Assembly: GCA_002269645.1 (NCBI GenBank)
Contig: NIVC01003871.1
Coordinates: forward strand, 8,796-72,795
DNA length: 64,000 bases
Reading direction: 5' to 3'
Origin: Macrostomum lignano
Taxonomy: Eukaryota
Of the stretch, positions 1 to 31,998 are shown one piece after another (position 1 is the first letter of the stretch; the number at the start of each line of letters is the position of its first letter). The notes under the pieces were generated by a model. That model searched no databases. It was not told where the DNA came from and was given only the letters and a program-made list of their open reading frames with translations. The position numbers and the translations under genes are program-made.

Positions 1-932
1 TGTCTCTTGCGTCTCTTGCGTCTCTTGTGTCTCTTGCGTCTCTTGTGTCTCTTGCGTCTCTTGTGTCTCTTGCGTCTCTTGCGTCTCTTGTGTCTCTTGC
101 GTCTCTTGTGCCTCTTGCGTCTCTTGTGTCTCTTGCGTCTCTTGCGTCTCTTGTGCCTCTTGCGTCTCTTGCGTCTCTTGCGTCTCTTGTGTCTCTTGCG
201 TCTCTTGTGTCTCTTGTGTCTCTTGTGTCTCTTGTGTCTCTTGCGTCTCTTTTGTCTCTTGTGTCTCTTGTGTCTCTTGTGTCTCATGCGTCTCTTGCGT
301 CTCTTGTGCCTATTGTGTCTCTTTTGTCTCTTGTGTCTCTTGCGTCTCTTGTGTCTCTTGTGTCTCTTGTGTCTCTTGTGTCTCTTGTGTCTCTTGTGTC
401 TCTTGCGTCTCTTTTGTCTCTTGTGTCTCTTGTGTCTCTTGTGTCTCATGCGTCTCTTGCGTCTCTTGTGCCTATTGTGTCTCTTTTGTCTCTTGTGTCT
501 CTTGTGTCTCTTGTGTCTCTTGTGTCTCTTGTGTCTCTTGTGTCTCATGCGTCTCTTGCGTCTCTTGTGCCTATTGTGTCTCTTTTGTCTCTTGTGTCTC
601 TTGCGTCTCTTGTGTCTCTTGTGTCTCTTGTGTCTCTTTTGTCTCTTGTGTCTCTTGCGTCTCTTGTGTCTCTTGTGTCTCTTGTGTCTCTTGTGTCTCT
701 TGTGTCTCATGCGTCTCTTGCGTCTCTTGTGTCTCTTGTGTCTCTTGTGTCTCTTGTGTCTCTTGTGTCTCATGCGTCTCTTGCGTCTCTTGTGCCTATT
801 GTGTCTCTTTTGTCTCTTGTGTCTCTTGCGTCTCTTGTGTCTCTTGTGTCTCTTGTGTCTCTTGTGTCTCTTTTGTCTCTTGTGTCTCTTGCGTCTCTTG
901 TGTCTCTTGTGTCTTCTGCGTCTCTTGTGTCT
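1..932. repeat. 9-bp minisatellite (TGTCTCTTG/CGTCTCTTG)n, truncated by the window start
   Basis: Direct 9-bp periodicity with recurring variants (CATGCG, CCTATTG). ORFs 7..936 and 27..983 are artefacts of it. Confidence 0.95.
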
Positions 933-1531
933 CTAAACTTTGAAGTACCAAGTGAATACTTGAACAAAAATAATTGGCACTAAACCTTTCGCGAGTAACA
1001 TCCGACTCGATACATAGAAAGATTTAGCATGGGATTGGGCACCCAGCTTAATTATTAATTAAGGCTTAAACTCGCGCATTACCATTAAAATTGGATCAGA
1101 AAACGGCGGGAGACGATAAGACGGAAGACGGACCTGACAGGAGCCTTCAGCCAATCTGACAGTTGAGTTCCGTCAACGTTTGTCGCGTTGCGACACCCTG
1201 CACTTCTCTTTCTACCGAAGTCTACTGCCGACTGCAACAGCGCTTATATAATGAACCAATTAAATACCCTTACTGTGCACTTTTAGCTTTGCAAGCTGAC
1301 TCTCTTAAGTTAAGCAAAGAACGTATGTGGGTCATTTGGTGAACTTAAAATTCCATACAACTCCGATTGAGAGTTTCTATCATATTTCATCGAAAGAAAT
1401 TCAAGCCATCAACTCTACCTATAATAACGCAGTTCACGTTTGCGTTGCTATGGAAATATCCTGCAACTCAGCTGAATAGCGAGTGAAGCTGCTGTACCTT
1501 TTATAGCGATATAATTTTGTCTTTCGAAATA

Positions 1532-1537
1532 TTTATT
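1532..1537 (-). terminator. Polyadenylation signal AATAAA of the EGF-like peptide gene
   Basis: AATAAA on the minus strand about 85 nt after the TGA at 1623-1625. Confidence 0.6.
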
Positions 1538-1622
1538 AAACACAGTTTGCTGGTCGCTTTTCAAGCCAGGGACAATTTCTTGATATTGTAAGCAGTCAGC
1601 GTTACTCCCTGGTCAGTAGCAG

Positions 1623-5309
<3,687 letters not shown>

Positions 5310-5443
5310 GATTTGTGTTCGATAATTAACTGTTGCTCTTAGGAGATCAGGCGCCGGGTTTATGATGGAGTGTTGTTCTACGATGGTTACTGGCTTCAAG
5401 TTGGGATGGCGGAGAGCGGTTTGGGACTCTGCGATGATGAGCC

Positions 5444-5478
5444 TTTATATGACTTCTATGGTGGGCGATTCCTATTGG
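5444..5478 (-). promoter_or_regulatory. CCAAT box (5474-5478) and TATA box (TATAAA, 5444-5449) of the EGF-like peptide gene
   Basis: Minus strand reads agCCAATagg...caTATAAAggc about 135 nt upstream of aaatcATGG, with no intervening ATG. Confidence 0.65.
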
Positions 5479-5619
5479 CTGGGCTGCAGGCTGGGAATGG
5501 GGAGCGGGATTGACAGACCGTAGGGATTCGAGCACGGTCAGTATGATGAAGTGAAGTTTTATTCACTTCTTCAGTAGTGCCGTGAATAACTTGACAGTCT
5601 ACTGGGGGTGGGGACCCAT

Positions 5620-5785
5620 ACTGTGTCATACTGTGTCATAGTGTGTCATAGTGTGTCATACTGTGTCATACTGTGTCATACTGTGTCATAGTGTGTCATA
5701 CTGTGTCATACTGTGTCATACTGTGTCATAGTGTCATAGTGTGTCATACTGTGTCATACTGTGTCATACTGTGTCATACTATGTT
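5620..5785. repeat. 10-bp tandem repeat (CTGTGTCATA)n
   Basis: Direct periodicity, about 16 units. Confidence 0.95.
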
Positions 5786-6349
5786 ATACATTGTTTATTA
5801 TTTTTTATTATTTTTCATCAAGCAGACATTCTAAATTTATATTCCAAAAGATAAATTCAAACAGACGTCAATCAGACCCAAGCGGCGGTCTGGGGTAGTT
5901 CTGGGCGCAGAGTTCCCATGGATCACGCAAGCTTGCCGAATGTTGGACTGCTACTACGCTCGTACTTTAGTAAACCTTGATGCGTTGCTACGTTCAACCA
6001 GAGCGTGTTCAGTCCTTTAGCAGAATTGGTTTGGTCACTTTTGGTACTTCCATCGAGATACTCACTGCCTTACACCATAAAAGCATACGCGTTAGCTTCA
6101 GACGTGGCGCTTCACTATTTTATAGCTACCGTGGTGACACTAGTCGATGAGAATCTGAGCACAAGACGCGGCTTAGAAGGCCAGTTTGGACTAATTAGCA
6201 TTTATATTAGAAACAGCTTAGGATTCATCCTATGTATGGATCAGTCAATAAAATTTTTATGGATCTGTAGCGGACTTCTGCGCAATCTAGAGTAGAAAAA
6301 TAGATTAGGGGGAAATGTACTTCTGCGTCTGGTGTCTGAGTGATTTTTT

Positions 6350-6690
6350 GAACCAAGATGCACAGCCAAGATGTTCAAAGAAGTTGCACAACCAAGATAT
6401 ACAGCCAAGATGCAAAACCAAGGTGCGCAACCAAGATGCACAACCAAAATGCACAACTAAGATGCTCAAAGAAGATGTAGAACCAAGATGTCCAAAGAAG
6501 ATGTTCAACCAAGATACACAACCAAGATGCTCAAAGAAGATGTAGAACCAAGATGCCCAAGAAGATGTACAACCAAGACCCACAAAGAAGATGTAAAACC
6601 AAGATGCTCGAAGAAGATGCACAACCAAGATGCACAACCAAGATGCTCGAAGAAGATGCACAACCAAGATGCACAACCAAGATGCACAGA
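6350..6690. repeat. Degenerate minisatellite built on CAACCAAGATG
   Basis: The core recurs every 11-30 bp with variable linkers. Confidence 0.85.
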
Positions 6691-7371
6691 TATGGTTCAC
6701 CATCTAGGTAAAAAATTTCACGAAGATACTCAGCTCAAAGAAGGATGCACAATCAAGAAAAATAATGAAGATGTTAGATGGCGAATCAACTAAGAGGCAC
6801 CGCCCAGATACACAGTGAGGATAAGCACACTCTGAATAAGGAAGACTTAACCGCTCTGGCGTTTAGGTATCTGGGCATAAGGAAGCCCTTAGTAGTTTAC
6901 CATCCTAATAAAAATCAAAGGCACTTAAAATTGAGTGAAATCGATTGCAACTGATCAATCTCAATTAGCAAGACTCCGCTTAAATCTAAGATGGCTCTTT
7001 TCGTGGAGCGACCTGCGATGCGAGTGAGAAAATTGATTAAACTAATTGGCTCAATCCAATTAAAGGCAAGCGAAAATCGATTGGAAGTACTTTTCAATTT
7101 TAGTTCCTTTTACCTTTAGTGTCGCGAATGCAGCAGTTTGCTATGCCAATTTTCGAGCTTGATATCCAAATTGCACGGTTATCATTGATGCTCGAAATCC
7201 GTAGGTGTACAGTAGGCAAGAAGTTAGTTTCCACGCCAAAACCAGCGGTCAACCTTTCTCAGATACTCGTATCAGCCGCGAGTACCGCAATTAGTACTAC
7301 GCCTGCGTTTCTCGTTTCAACTGTACAGATGATGCATTTTGCGTCACTTTTGGTGAGAAGCAATTTGATGC

Positions 7372-8235
7372 TTGACTGGGTGCTGCGGACGGCTCTCCCT
7401 ACCAACGACGACGGCTTTCTGTTGCGGCGACGCGTGAGTCGACGTCAACCAGAGAGGCGGCTCAGCGTGCTTGGCTACGCTGAAGATCTCGCCCTGCTGT
7501 CCTCGACCGTCGAGGGCCCTCAGCGCCAGCTGGTGAGCGTTGCGGCGAGCGTTGGCCTGGTGGTCAACCGCAAAAGACCTTAGTGCTCTGCGTGCCGGAC
7601 GACATCGAGGCTGCTATTTTCTGCCGAGGCGCTGACTGTAAGGCTACGAGGCTTCCGCGCTGTCAGCAGTTTGTCTACCTTGGCGGTCTGGTACCTGACG
7701 TTCGCGAGGACTTGCGACGTCACCGTGGACTTGTCTGTGCTTCCTTCCGTTCCGTGACGGCTGTCCTGCAGTCCGAGGCCCTGCCTGACCGCCAGAGGGC
7801 GGCGTTGTTCGGGGCGGTGATCGGGACCGTCCTGCTGTACAACGCCGAGACCTGGACGCTAACGGATTCGCTCGAACAGCAGGTCGATGCGGCCTGCTGC
7901 GCGCCGACTTCAGGATTGCGGCTACGAGCACGCCATCAATGCGGCGCTCTATCGCCGCACCGTCCTGTCCTGTCCCAGCGAACTGTTGCGCCATCGGCGA
8001 CTCCAGCTGGCAGGCCAAATCATCCGAGCCGAGTCGTACTGCCCACAGCCGGTGCAGGAGGTGCTACTGCTTACGCAAGCAGGCGTGCACTCGGCGTTTC
8101 GTCGACTGCCTTCTGTCTGATGCCGGCGCCATGGACACTGCCGGCGGTGCGGACTGAGTTCGCGCCCAGGCCCTGAAACGCACCCTGTGACGTTGTCTCA
8201 AGCCTGACTGGCTGACAGTGTATTTTGTTGTTGTT
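7372..8235 (+). mobile_element. 5'-truncated RTE-clade LINE (RT C-terminal part, 3' UTR, (TTG)n tail), degenerate
   Basis: LSVLGYAEDLALL (YADD box), FVYLGG and TVLLYNAETWTLT are RTE ORF2 motifs; stop/frameshift at 7581-7583. The 3' end matches the copy at 16962-17325. Confidence 0.85.
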
Positions 8236-8519
8236 GAAATAGGATTTGATTGGAAGAGAGAGACTTCGTGGGTGAACTGATTAGTCATGCACTTGGGCAG
8301 AGACTACGCTCGTATGATGTACATTTGATTCAGTATTAAGCGTACAGAGGGACTTGACTCAGCTGCAGGGGGTTCCGGGCATCCGGATACAGCGGGAAGG
8401 CTTCGCCGCCCATTCCGCTAACTCCTGGCGACCACGGGTGACGGTGCTGCGCTGCGCGCAGGTGGTGGTGCTGCGGTGTCGCGCAGGGAGATCCGGTGGT
8501 GCCGGTGTCCGCAAATGGT

Positions 8520-8790
8520 CGCTCGCCCGGTAGCCCTTAGGTAGCGGACGAGCTGGTAGAGATTCTCGGGCCTGAAACCGTCGGAGAGGTCCAGGTTTGA
8601 GCCGAGGTAGATGAGCCTGTCCCGAGTAAAGGCGGGGCAGTCACAGATGAAGTGCTCCGCATTCTCAACACCGAAGAGGCAGAATGGGCATTCCTGACAG
8701 CGGATTTTTCCCTGGAGGTGATGATGCCTTGCAAAAAGCAGCCATACCGGCCGAGAGGCCATTGTCGTGCAGAGGGACAGTTGAAGTGGA
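8520..8790 (-). mobile_element. LINE ORF2 C-terminal zinc-knuckle remnant (I/R1/Loa-like)
   Basis: CPFCLFGVENAEHFICDCPAFTRDRLIYLGS...LVRYLRATGR resembles the CCHC C-terminus of RNase-H-bearing LINEs; frameshifted upstream. Confidence 0.6.
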
Positions 8791-9496
8791 CAATCAGATA
8801 AGATGATAGCGCTAAGTCTAAAAATTTTGACAAAAATTCTAAACTGGACAACTGTACCAGCTCTTACAAGTATTAATTGAAAACTTCTGCCTGTGTAGTT
8901 GCTGCATGGCAATACGCTCGAGATACCATTTTGGCTTGCCATTGTGTCTGGGTAAAAGGTCTACGCTCGTATGCAATGCAAGACAACAAAATGTTATAAA
9001 AGGCTAGCAAATTTACTCACAAACAGAGCTGCAAGCATATTTTCAGTTAGCAGCAAATGGCATGCGTTCCACTCTAAAAGCTTCTCTCTAGTGTTTTGTC
9101 AATCGAAATATCGACAATAAATTTAGCTGCTCAATTGAGAATTGACTGGCATACTCAACAGGTATACATTTTTCGCAAATCCATTGTTCAATGACGAGAA
9201 AGATGCTGCAGTTGCTTTAATGCTGTTCGGATTCTCTTCGGCTGTATAAGGTCTTCGTGCCTCTGCTTCGTGTTGTCAGCCCTTGGGTGCTGCACTTCGT
9301 TATTTTTGATACTCTAATGCGTAAAAAGTAAGGAAAAGTTACATTGCAACTTCTACTGGTCTATCAAGGGGTCAAGGGCCGGTCGACTGACCCTCCAAGA
9401 AAATTAGGGATCATGAACCCTCTTTTCGTTTGCTCTTTCGTTGTTATATAGTTAAAAGTATCTCAAGCTCGGAGCTTTAACTGAAGGATCCAGGGG

Positions 9497-9872
9497 CCTC
9501 GGAAACAAGCCTTCCAGACTCACTCCAAAATTAAGCCATTTCCGTAGACTTCGGGGTCTCCCCGCTCTCGGACCGCTTTTCAGTAGTAACCCAAACATTT
9601 TCCAATTCTTTTTTCGTGCACTCCCGGGACTTGTCCGCTGGGTGGTGGCTTGGGTGGACTCGGTCCTAGCACCGTCCCTGATTCCACAAGTTGGGTTGGC
9701 GGTGTCTTAGTCCACAAGGCTTGGGTTGGCAGATTCCCCTGGCCCAGACGTCAGGGTCCAATCTCGGGGTATCTCGGGCTATATGCCCCTGGTTGTGCAC
9801 CTCAGCGGCAGAGCCCCTCCCAGGGCTGATCCGCGGGTAGCTCCCGGCTTCTCACCCCCGTTTAACAACAAC
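9497..9872 (+). mobile_element. Retroposed insert (SINE or truncated LINE) with (AAC)n tail and 18-bp target-site duplication
   Basis: AACTGAAGGATCCAGGGG occurs at 9479-9496 and 9873-9890 flanking a 376-bp insert that ends in AACAACAAC. Confidence 0.7.
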
Positions 9873-11884
9873 AACTGAAGGATCCAGGGGGGGGGCCAAG
9901 ATCAGGGGTCAGCTGACACCCGGGAAAAAATTCTGGATCAGCCGCTGCAAACCTCATCTTGCATTGTTAGTTAAACTTCAATTGCACGAAAATGGTTTGA
10001 AATATGCATGCAGAAGCCTGTAACATGTACTTATACTCAGCAACATTGAAAACCGAAATCCCAGAGCATTTGCAGAGCGATTGACTTCAGCTTACTACCA
10101 CTGCAAAAAGACACAAGATTTTCCAACTCTCGCTCACTGGGTCTAGTAGGCTGGCTCGTTTTTAATGCTGCTGTCTACTGCATACTTTACACCTGTCACT
10201 TAAGCCTGAAGATTTGCTTTTTCAGATCTGCTTTTAAGGATCTGCTTTTTATCCTTCATCGCATCAATAATGATAAACAAATTGGAAAGCTTCTATCGCA
10301 CCAGATATGGAAATATGAAGCCAATTTTATAATGAGATGTGTTATCGATACTTGTGCGTGTACCTAATTAATTTTCCATGTAAGGTCTTGAAGGTTTACC
10401 AAGCGAAAACAAAAACCATTTCATTTATTGTGCTGTGAAAGAGGAAACAAGTGAAAATTCGGTGTTTTATTAAGCAGACTGTATCCTAGTACTCGGAGTA
10501 TTTGTGCGTGTAGGTTGTCGGAATTAATTAAAATATTATCTTTTTCTTCGTTTGCTTTATATTAACAGGTAAAAGGATCAAAATATTTTAAAACAACTGC
10601 TAGAAAAATTAAATTACGTACATTAACCTGTGTTACATGTACTGCCTTCCACATCAACACATGCCCAGCTTGTATGTTTATATACAACAGATGATACGCG
10701 GATATTTTTTACATGTAATAAGCTGCTCCGATACTTAAACATTCACAGTCATAGAGCTCAATCAATGTGTACGTAAAAGTATAAAATCAAATAATCACTG
10801 TACACTGTAAGCAAAGTTAATTTTGTATTCTTATTATAATTCATAATGATACGATAATTGAGACAATTCGTAATCTCTCCATTACTCCAATGTTTAATTG
10901 ATGAGGTAAGTTTTTTAAAAATCGAATTTTGGGTCTCAAAACTTCGGGTCTCAAGTCTTTGAATTTCCCTCAACTTTTAAGACATGTACACATGTCATGT
11001 ACAGTTAAAATTATTTACTTGAAATATATAACATGTTCGTACGCACGTATAGCAGAATAGTACTGAGTCCGCTTCTTATTCCCACCATCGCGATTCACGC
11101 CATTGTTACGGCCCCTTGGCGCATTTTTCGCAGAAAAGTATTACCAATACCGCTAGATATGCCTTTAATAAATGACTCATTCCTTCCACTCATTCTTTTT
11201 GCTAGATCTTCTGTCCATTCATCACCTTTTGTTTTTTTTCTATTTAATTGCCATTAAGTCGTTAGACGTTTAAAGTTGCTCGTCTTTTTTTCTTTTTTTT
11301 AGGCTTTCATATAACATATCTTTTACAATAATCGCCAAATCTTTACATAAATTTCACGCAATGCTTGTCTTTATTAATTCCTTATTTTTCTTGCTTCGTT
11401 AGTCGTTAAAGCTTGTTCAAAGTTTCGTTAATAACATTTACGCGCTCTTTCAAATACTATATTGCAAAATTCGTTAATCGTACTTAAATAACTCATGCAT
11501 AAATATTGCCTTTTCTTGAATTATTCTTCTTGAATAATTCTTCCTGAATTATTTTTCTTGAAATATTCTTGAATTATTCCTAAATACACTAAAATATATT
11601 GGCCAAACAGGCTTCTTGCCTGAGCCAAACTTACTTACTTACTACTTCTAGTTATTTAGGTGTTTGTTAAAGATAATACTACCGAACAGACAATCCTCAG
11701 TTTCTGTCATCCGGTTTTACAACGAATTATTAGTTAGAACAAAAATACAGTTATAGTATTATTATATTTAGCCAATGTAAGTAAAGAAGAATTAAGCTCA
11801 CTTTAAATTAACTTCTTTAAACTAAGTAGCTCAGCTTACTTAGCTTCTCACTCATTTAGTTAACAATGTTTGCAAAATTTCAAC

Positions 11885-12024
11885 TTATATAAGCGCGCTG
11901 TTTATCGCACGCACGCCGTCCTCCACTATCTATTATAGTTCACGATTGGTCAAAGGTCTTAACTTCACTATTTTAAGACTCACATAACTACATAACTGCA
12001 TTGTCAAAAAACATTTTACTATCC
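11885..12024 (+). promoter_or_regulatory. Candidate promoter and non-coding first exon of the SLC7 gene
   Basis: TATATAAG and reverse CCAAT (gattgg) precede a strong donor ccc|gtaagt at 12025; acceptor ttttag|gcaaag at 12482 lies 10 nt before the ATG. Confidence 0.4.
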
Positions 12025-12492
12025 CGTAAGTATTCAAAACATGCTTATTATGCATTGCGTTATTATTATAACTGTCTAAAAATGATTCTCGTTTTTAATA
12101 AATTATGAACTGTTCTTGATTAAAGATTAATATTTTTCTTAGTCATACTAAGTTATTAATTTTCTCATTTTCCTTTGTATAACACAAAAATCTAATTTTA
12201 TCTGGCAGGGATAAAAAATCTTTGTTATTGTTTTTAGTTTTCAATTATTTTTAGAATTCAGTTTCTTAACTTTCTTATTAATTTAGACTTAAGAATTAAA
12301 ACTTATGATTTAAGTAAATTCTTGTTAAAATAAAAAGCCTAAAATTAGTTTCAATTTTTAGATTAAAGTAATCAACTGAATGATTTTTCTGTTAAAAAAT
12401 CTTTTGAACCATTTATATACTATTTATTAATTTATTTACAAATAAATATGCTAAATTATTGCCATTAATCTTATTTTTTTAGGCAAAGTTAA

Positions 12493-27526
<15,034 letters not shown>

Positions 27527-27535
27527 ACGGGTTGC

Positions 27536-27612
27536 TGGACTGGAGAGAGTGGATTGCTAGACTGGGGAGAGTGGATTGCTAGACTGGGAAGAGTGGATTG
27601 CTAGACTGGGAA
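27536..27612. repeat. 21-bp tandem repeat (GAGAGTGGATTGCTAGACTGG) x3-4 at the start of the SLC7 3' UTR
   Basis: Direct periodicity just after the stop codon. Confidence 0.85.
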
Positions 27613-28035
27613 GTGTCATTATTGATCCTGCTCGTGACCTCGTTTTATCCTATCAGCAGGTCAAATGTTTAAGCCACTGAATTGCATGCTAAAAATGGTA
27701 GGCCCGCATTATTTAAGCCATGCTTTGTTCTACTCTGGCCAAAAAGCCAATATAGTTGTTTGTTGTGTCAATAGTGGCTCTATATTTATTTACATGATAT
27801 TAATTTTATCTTTATCCGTGGCACCTGCTGCCTAATGCAATTGCTTAACAGTTATGCTTTTGGAAAAAAGGAATGAACCAAGCCTTTTGCTCTTGCCTTC
27901 ATGCAGCTTTTTCGTATTTTTCCTTGGCAAAGGTAGTTTTCCCTATCTCCTCCTCTAGAAGAGGTAGATCTCCTCTTCTCTCGCTTTCTGTCTAATTCAA
28001 TCAAATGAACTGTCTTCTTAAGCACCTCTATAACA

Positions 28036-28482
28036 CACAGATACCAGAATAACTAGATGGGCCACTCAGCACGTTTGCGTGCAAACTACTTTCAGTTCAG
28101 TAGTTAAACAGAAGCATTTTAATTTATTTTTAAAGTCAAGAGTCATTTATTGGCTCTTACCCCCAAGCTTAAACCCTCCAAACCGTGCCTTTCCACACTA
28201 CCCCCCGCCCCACCCCAAGTTTTATTGCCTTTCTCGGAATTCCAGCCTAAAGCTGCCATGTACATTTCCATGGACTGGCTAATGTACATTATTGCTGAAC
28301 CAATTAGCAAGTTGTTTACCGCCTTGAAGCTTGGGCTTCTAAACTTTTCAAAGTCGTTTCAGCTGCCTTTATTTTTATGAAATAGCTTATGTATTCTTCT
28401 TTGCTACTGAACTGGAAGCAGAAAGCTGTTTTATTAAGTATATGTGCCTGAGTGGCCCATCTAGGTTATTTTAGTATTTGTG
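28036..28482. mobile_element. hAT-type MITE, copy 2 (inverted relative to 4262-4705)
   Basis: Reverse-complement similarity over the full length, same TIRs, 8-bp TSD ctataaca/ctatagca (7/8). Confidence 0.85.
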
Positions 28483-29400
28483 CTATAGCATTGATATCGC
28501 ATCAGTGGTGTTTTTACAACAATACAAAACAAACCAAACAATTTGTTTTTACAAAACAAATCTATCGATACATATCGGCAGTTTTAAACAAGTCGATATA
28601 GAGCGCAAAAAATGACTTGGTTTGCGAGGGTTGCTAGCTTATACTAAACTGGCTATGCTTAATTAAGCTTATTTTAGGCTTCTTCACTTTTATCTTGATC
28701 CCTCTTTTACTACTACATGGCTATCTAAGTAGTATTGCTTGAAAATTGTGCTTAAATCAATGCAAACAGTAGTATATCTATGTCTCCCACAAAACTGCAG
28801 CTATATAACTAACTTTTTCTCTCAGATCCTTGTACACAATAAAATCAATAAATGCCCGCTTTGTTAGGGCTGCTTTCTGTGTGCTGTTTAATCTGTTTTT
28901 AATTTATTCAATGCACGATGTTTTTGTTTTCCCTGATTGTTCACATTATGCTGGTTTGTGATTGTGAATTATTGTACAAGCTGAACTTTTGTTATTTGGC
29001 AGTTAATATTATTACTATTCGTAAAACTCTAATATATTTGAACTTTATATTAGTTGTCGGCCGTTGTCTGCCTTTACAATGCAAATTTAATTTTTTTGTC
29101 ATGCTAATTGAACGCCCCGAACACAATATTACGCTCGTATATGTGTGTAGTTGCTATGGTAATTTGTTTGCGTATGATTTTTCTGCTTTTTTAGTGTTGC
29201 TTGATTGTTGGCTTTTTTCCTTTTTCCTGCAGCAGTTTCCCCAACAATTCTTACCTATTGTTGTTTTTTGTGTACTTTTAGCTTTTTGGCCCAGATTGTA
29301 CTTTTTGTGTCTCTTTTAGCCTATTTTTTCCAGGATTTTCGGTATGAAAAAGGAAATCAATCAATCGTTCGTTTTTCAGCTTAGGTTTTCAGTACAAAAA

Positions 29401-29640
29401 ATTTGATCACGTGATTGGGACCAGGCCTTGCTGCAATTGGACCGCGGATTGCCACACTGGGGTAGGAGTTTTTTGGGTGAGGCGCTGGGGCGTGCAATAT
29501 TTGATCACGTGATTGGGGCCAGGCCTTGCTGCAATTGGACCGTGGATTGTCACACTGGGGTAAGAGTTTTTGGGGTGGGGCGCTGCGGCGTGCAATATTT
29601 GATCACGTGATGTAAGTCGGGCCGCTGCAATTGGTCCGCG
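29401..29640. repeat. 98-bp tandem repeat, about 2.4 units
   Basis: ATTTGATCACGTGAT starts at 29401, 29499 and 29597. Confidence 0.9.
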
Positions 29641-30015
29641 GTGTTTGGCAGCGGGTTATAGTCTGGCTCAAGGTCTGAGGGCTGTCATGTACGCAGCGTA
29701 TAAATTTTATGCTAATATATTACTGCTTTTACAAAGCTTTGCAATTGCAAATTCTGAACGGAAAAATTAGCTCCGTGTTTTCTGTGTCTCATTGTCAAAA
29801 CTATTTTTTGTTTTATTAAAACTTTGACTTTTTGACTTAATTATTCAATCATATCTACTTTTAATCGAAAAATTATAATAAACGCCAAATCCCCTACGCT
29901 AATTTGCCTGCAGCTTCCTAAATTCTGCGATTCAGGCTTGAAAGTGTGTCTGAGGAAAAATTGAATGAAGTTTTGGCTTGCTTTTTTGTTGCTTTTGTCA
30001 AATTGCATAAGTGCT

Positions 30016-31998
30016 TGACAGAACTACCGACTGGGGAACTCCCCTTCCTTAACAAATCCGTGTTTATCTGACAGAACTACCGACGGGAATTCCCCCTCCT
30101 TAACAAATCCGTGTTTATCTGACAGAACTACCGACTGTGAGAATTCCCCTTCCTTAATAAATCCGTGTTTATCTGACAGAACTACCGACTGGGGGAATTC
30201 CCCTTCCTTAATAAATCCGTGTTTATCTGACAGAACTACCGACTGTGAGAATTCCCCTTCCTTAACAAATCCGTGTTTATCTGACAGAACTACCGACTGT
30301 GAGAATTCCCCTTCCTTAATAAATCCGTGTTTATCTGACAGAACTACCGACTGGGGGAATTCCCCTTCCTTAATAAATCCGTGTTTATCTGACAGAACTA
30401 CGAACTGGGGAATTCCTCTTCCTTAACAAATCCGTGTTTATCTGACAGAACTACCGACTGTGAGAATTCCCCTTCCTTAATAAATCCGTTTTTATCTGAC
30501 AGAACTACCGACTGTGAGAATTCCCCTTCCTTAATAAATCCGTGTTTATCTGACAGAACTACGAACTGGGGAATTCCTCTTCCTTAACAAATCCGTGTTT
30601 ATCTGACAGAACTACCGACTGGGAATTCCCCTTCGTTAACAAATCCGTTTATCAGACAGAACTACCGACTGGGAATTCCCCTTCCTTAACAAATCCGTGT
30701 TTATCTGACAGAACTACCGACTGTGAGAATTCCCCTTCCTTAACAAATCCGTGTTTATCTGACAGAACTACCGACTGGGGGAATTCCTCTTCCTTAATAA
30801 ATCCGTGTTTATCTGACAGAACTACCGACTGGGGGAATTCCCCTTCCTTAACAAATCCGTGTTTATCTGACAGAACTACCGACTGGGGGAATTCCCCTTC
30901 CTTAACAAATCCGTGTTTATCTGACAGAACTACCGACTGTGAGAATTCCCCTTCCTTAATAAATCCGTGTTTATCTGACAGAACTACCGACTGTGAGAAT
31001 TCCCCTTCCTTAACAAATCCGTGTTTATCTGACAGAACTACGAACTGGGGAATTCCTCTTCCTTAACAAATCCGTGTTTATCTGACAGAACTACCGACTG
31101 TGAGAATTCCCCTTCCTTAACAAATCCGTGTTTATCTGACAGAACTACCGACTGTGAGAATTCCCCTTCCTTAACAAATCCGTGTTTATCTGACAGAACT
31201 ACCGACTGTGAGAATTCCCCTTCCTTAACAAATCCGTGTTTATCTGACAGAACTACGAACTGGGGAATTCCTCTTCCTTAATAAATCCGTTTTTATCTGA
31301 CAGAACTACGAACTGGGGAATTCCTCTTCCTTAATAAATCCGTGTTTATCTGACAGAACTACGAACTGGGGAATTCCTCTTCCTTAATAAATCCGTTTTT
31401 ATCTGACAGAACTACGAACTGGGGAATTCCCCTTCCTTAACAAATCCGTGTTTATCTGACAGAAACTACCGACTGTGAGAATTCCCCTTCCTTAATAAAT
31501 CCGTGTTTATCTGACAGAACTACCGACTGTGAGAATTCCCCTTCCTTAATAAATCCGTTTTTATCTGACAGAACTACCGACTGGGGGAATTCCCCTTCCT
31601 TAATAAATCCGTGTTTATCTGACAGAACTACGAACTGGGGAATTCCTCTTCCTTAACAAATCCGTGTTTATCTGACAGAACTACCGACTGGGAATTCCCC
31701 TTCGTTAACAAATCCGTTTATCAGACAGAACTACCGACTGGGAATTCCCCTTCGTTAACAAATCCGTTTATCTGACAGAACTACCGACTGGGAATTCCCC
31801 TTCGTTAACAAATCCGTTTATCTGACAGAACTACCGACTGGGAATTCCCCTTCGTTAACAAATCCGTTTATCTGACAGAACTACCGACCGGGAATTCCCC
31901 TTCGTTAACAAATCCGTTTATCTGACAGAACTACCGACTGGGAATTCCCCTTCGTTAACAAATCCGTTTATCTGACAGAACTACCGACCGGGAATTCC
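30016..31998. repeat. 54-bp satellite array (CTGACAGAACTACCGACTGTGAGAATTCCCCTTCCTTAATAAATCCGTGTTTAT), about 37 units
   Basis: Direct periodicity with a few recurring variant units and no unique spacers. Confidence 0.97.

Noticed and set aside
7-983. Long Leu/Cys- and Ser/Leu-rich ORFs
   Set aside because: A 9-bp unit without stops yields ORFs automatically; no splice context or non-repetitive coding sequence.
30016-31998. Regular array superficially like CRISPR
   Set aside because: Units are contiguous with only a few recurring variants, there are no unique spacers or cas genes, and the context is eukaryotic.
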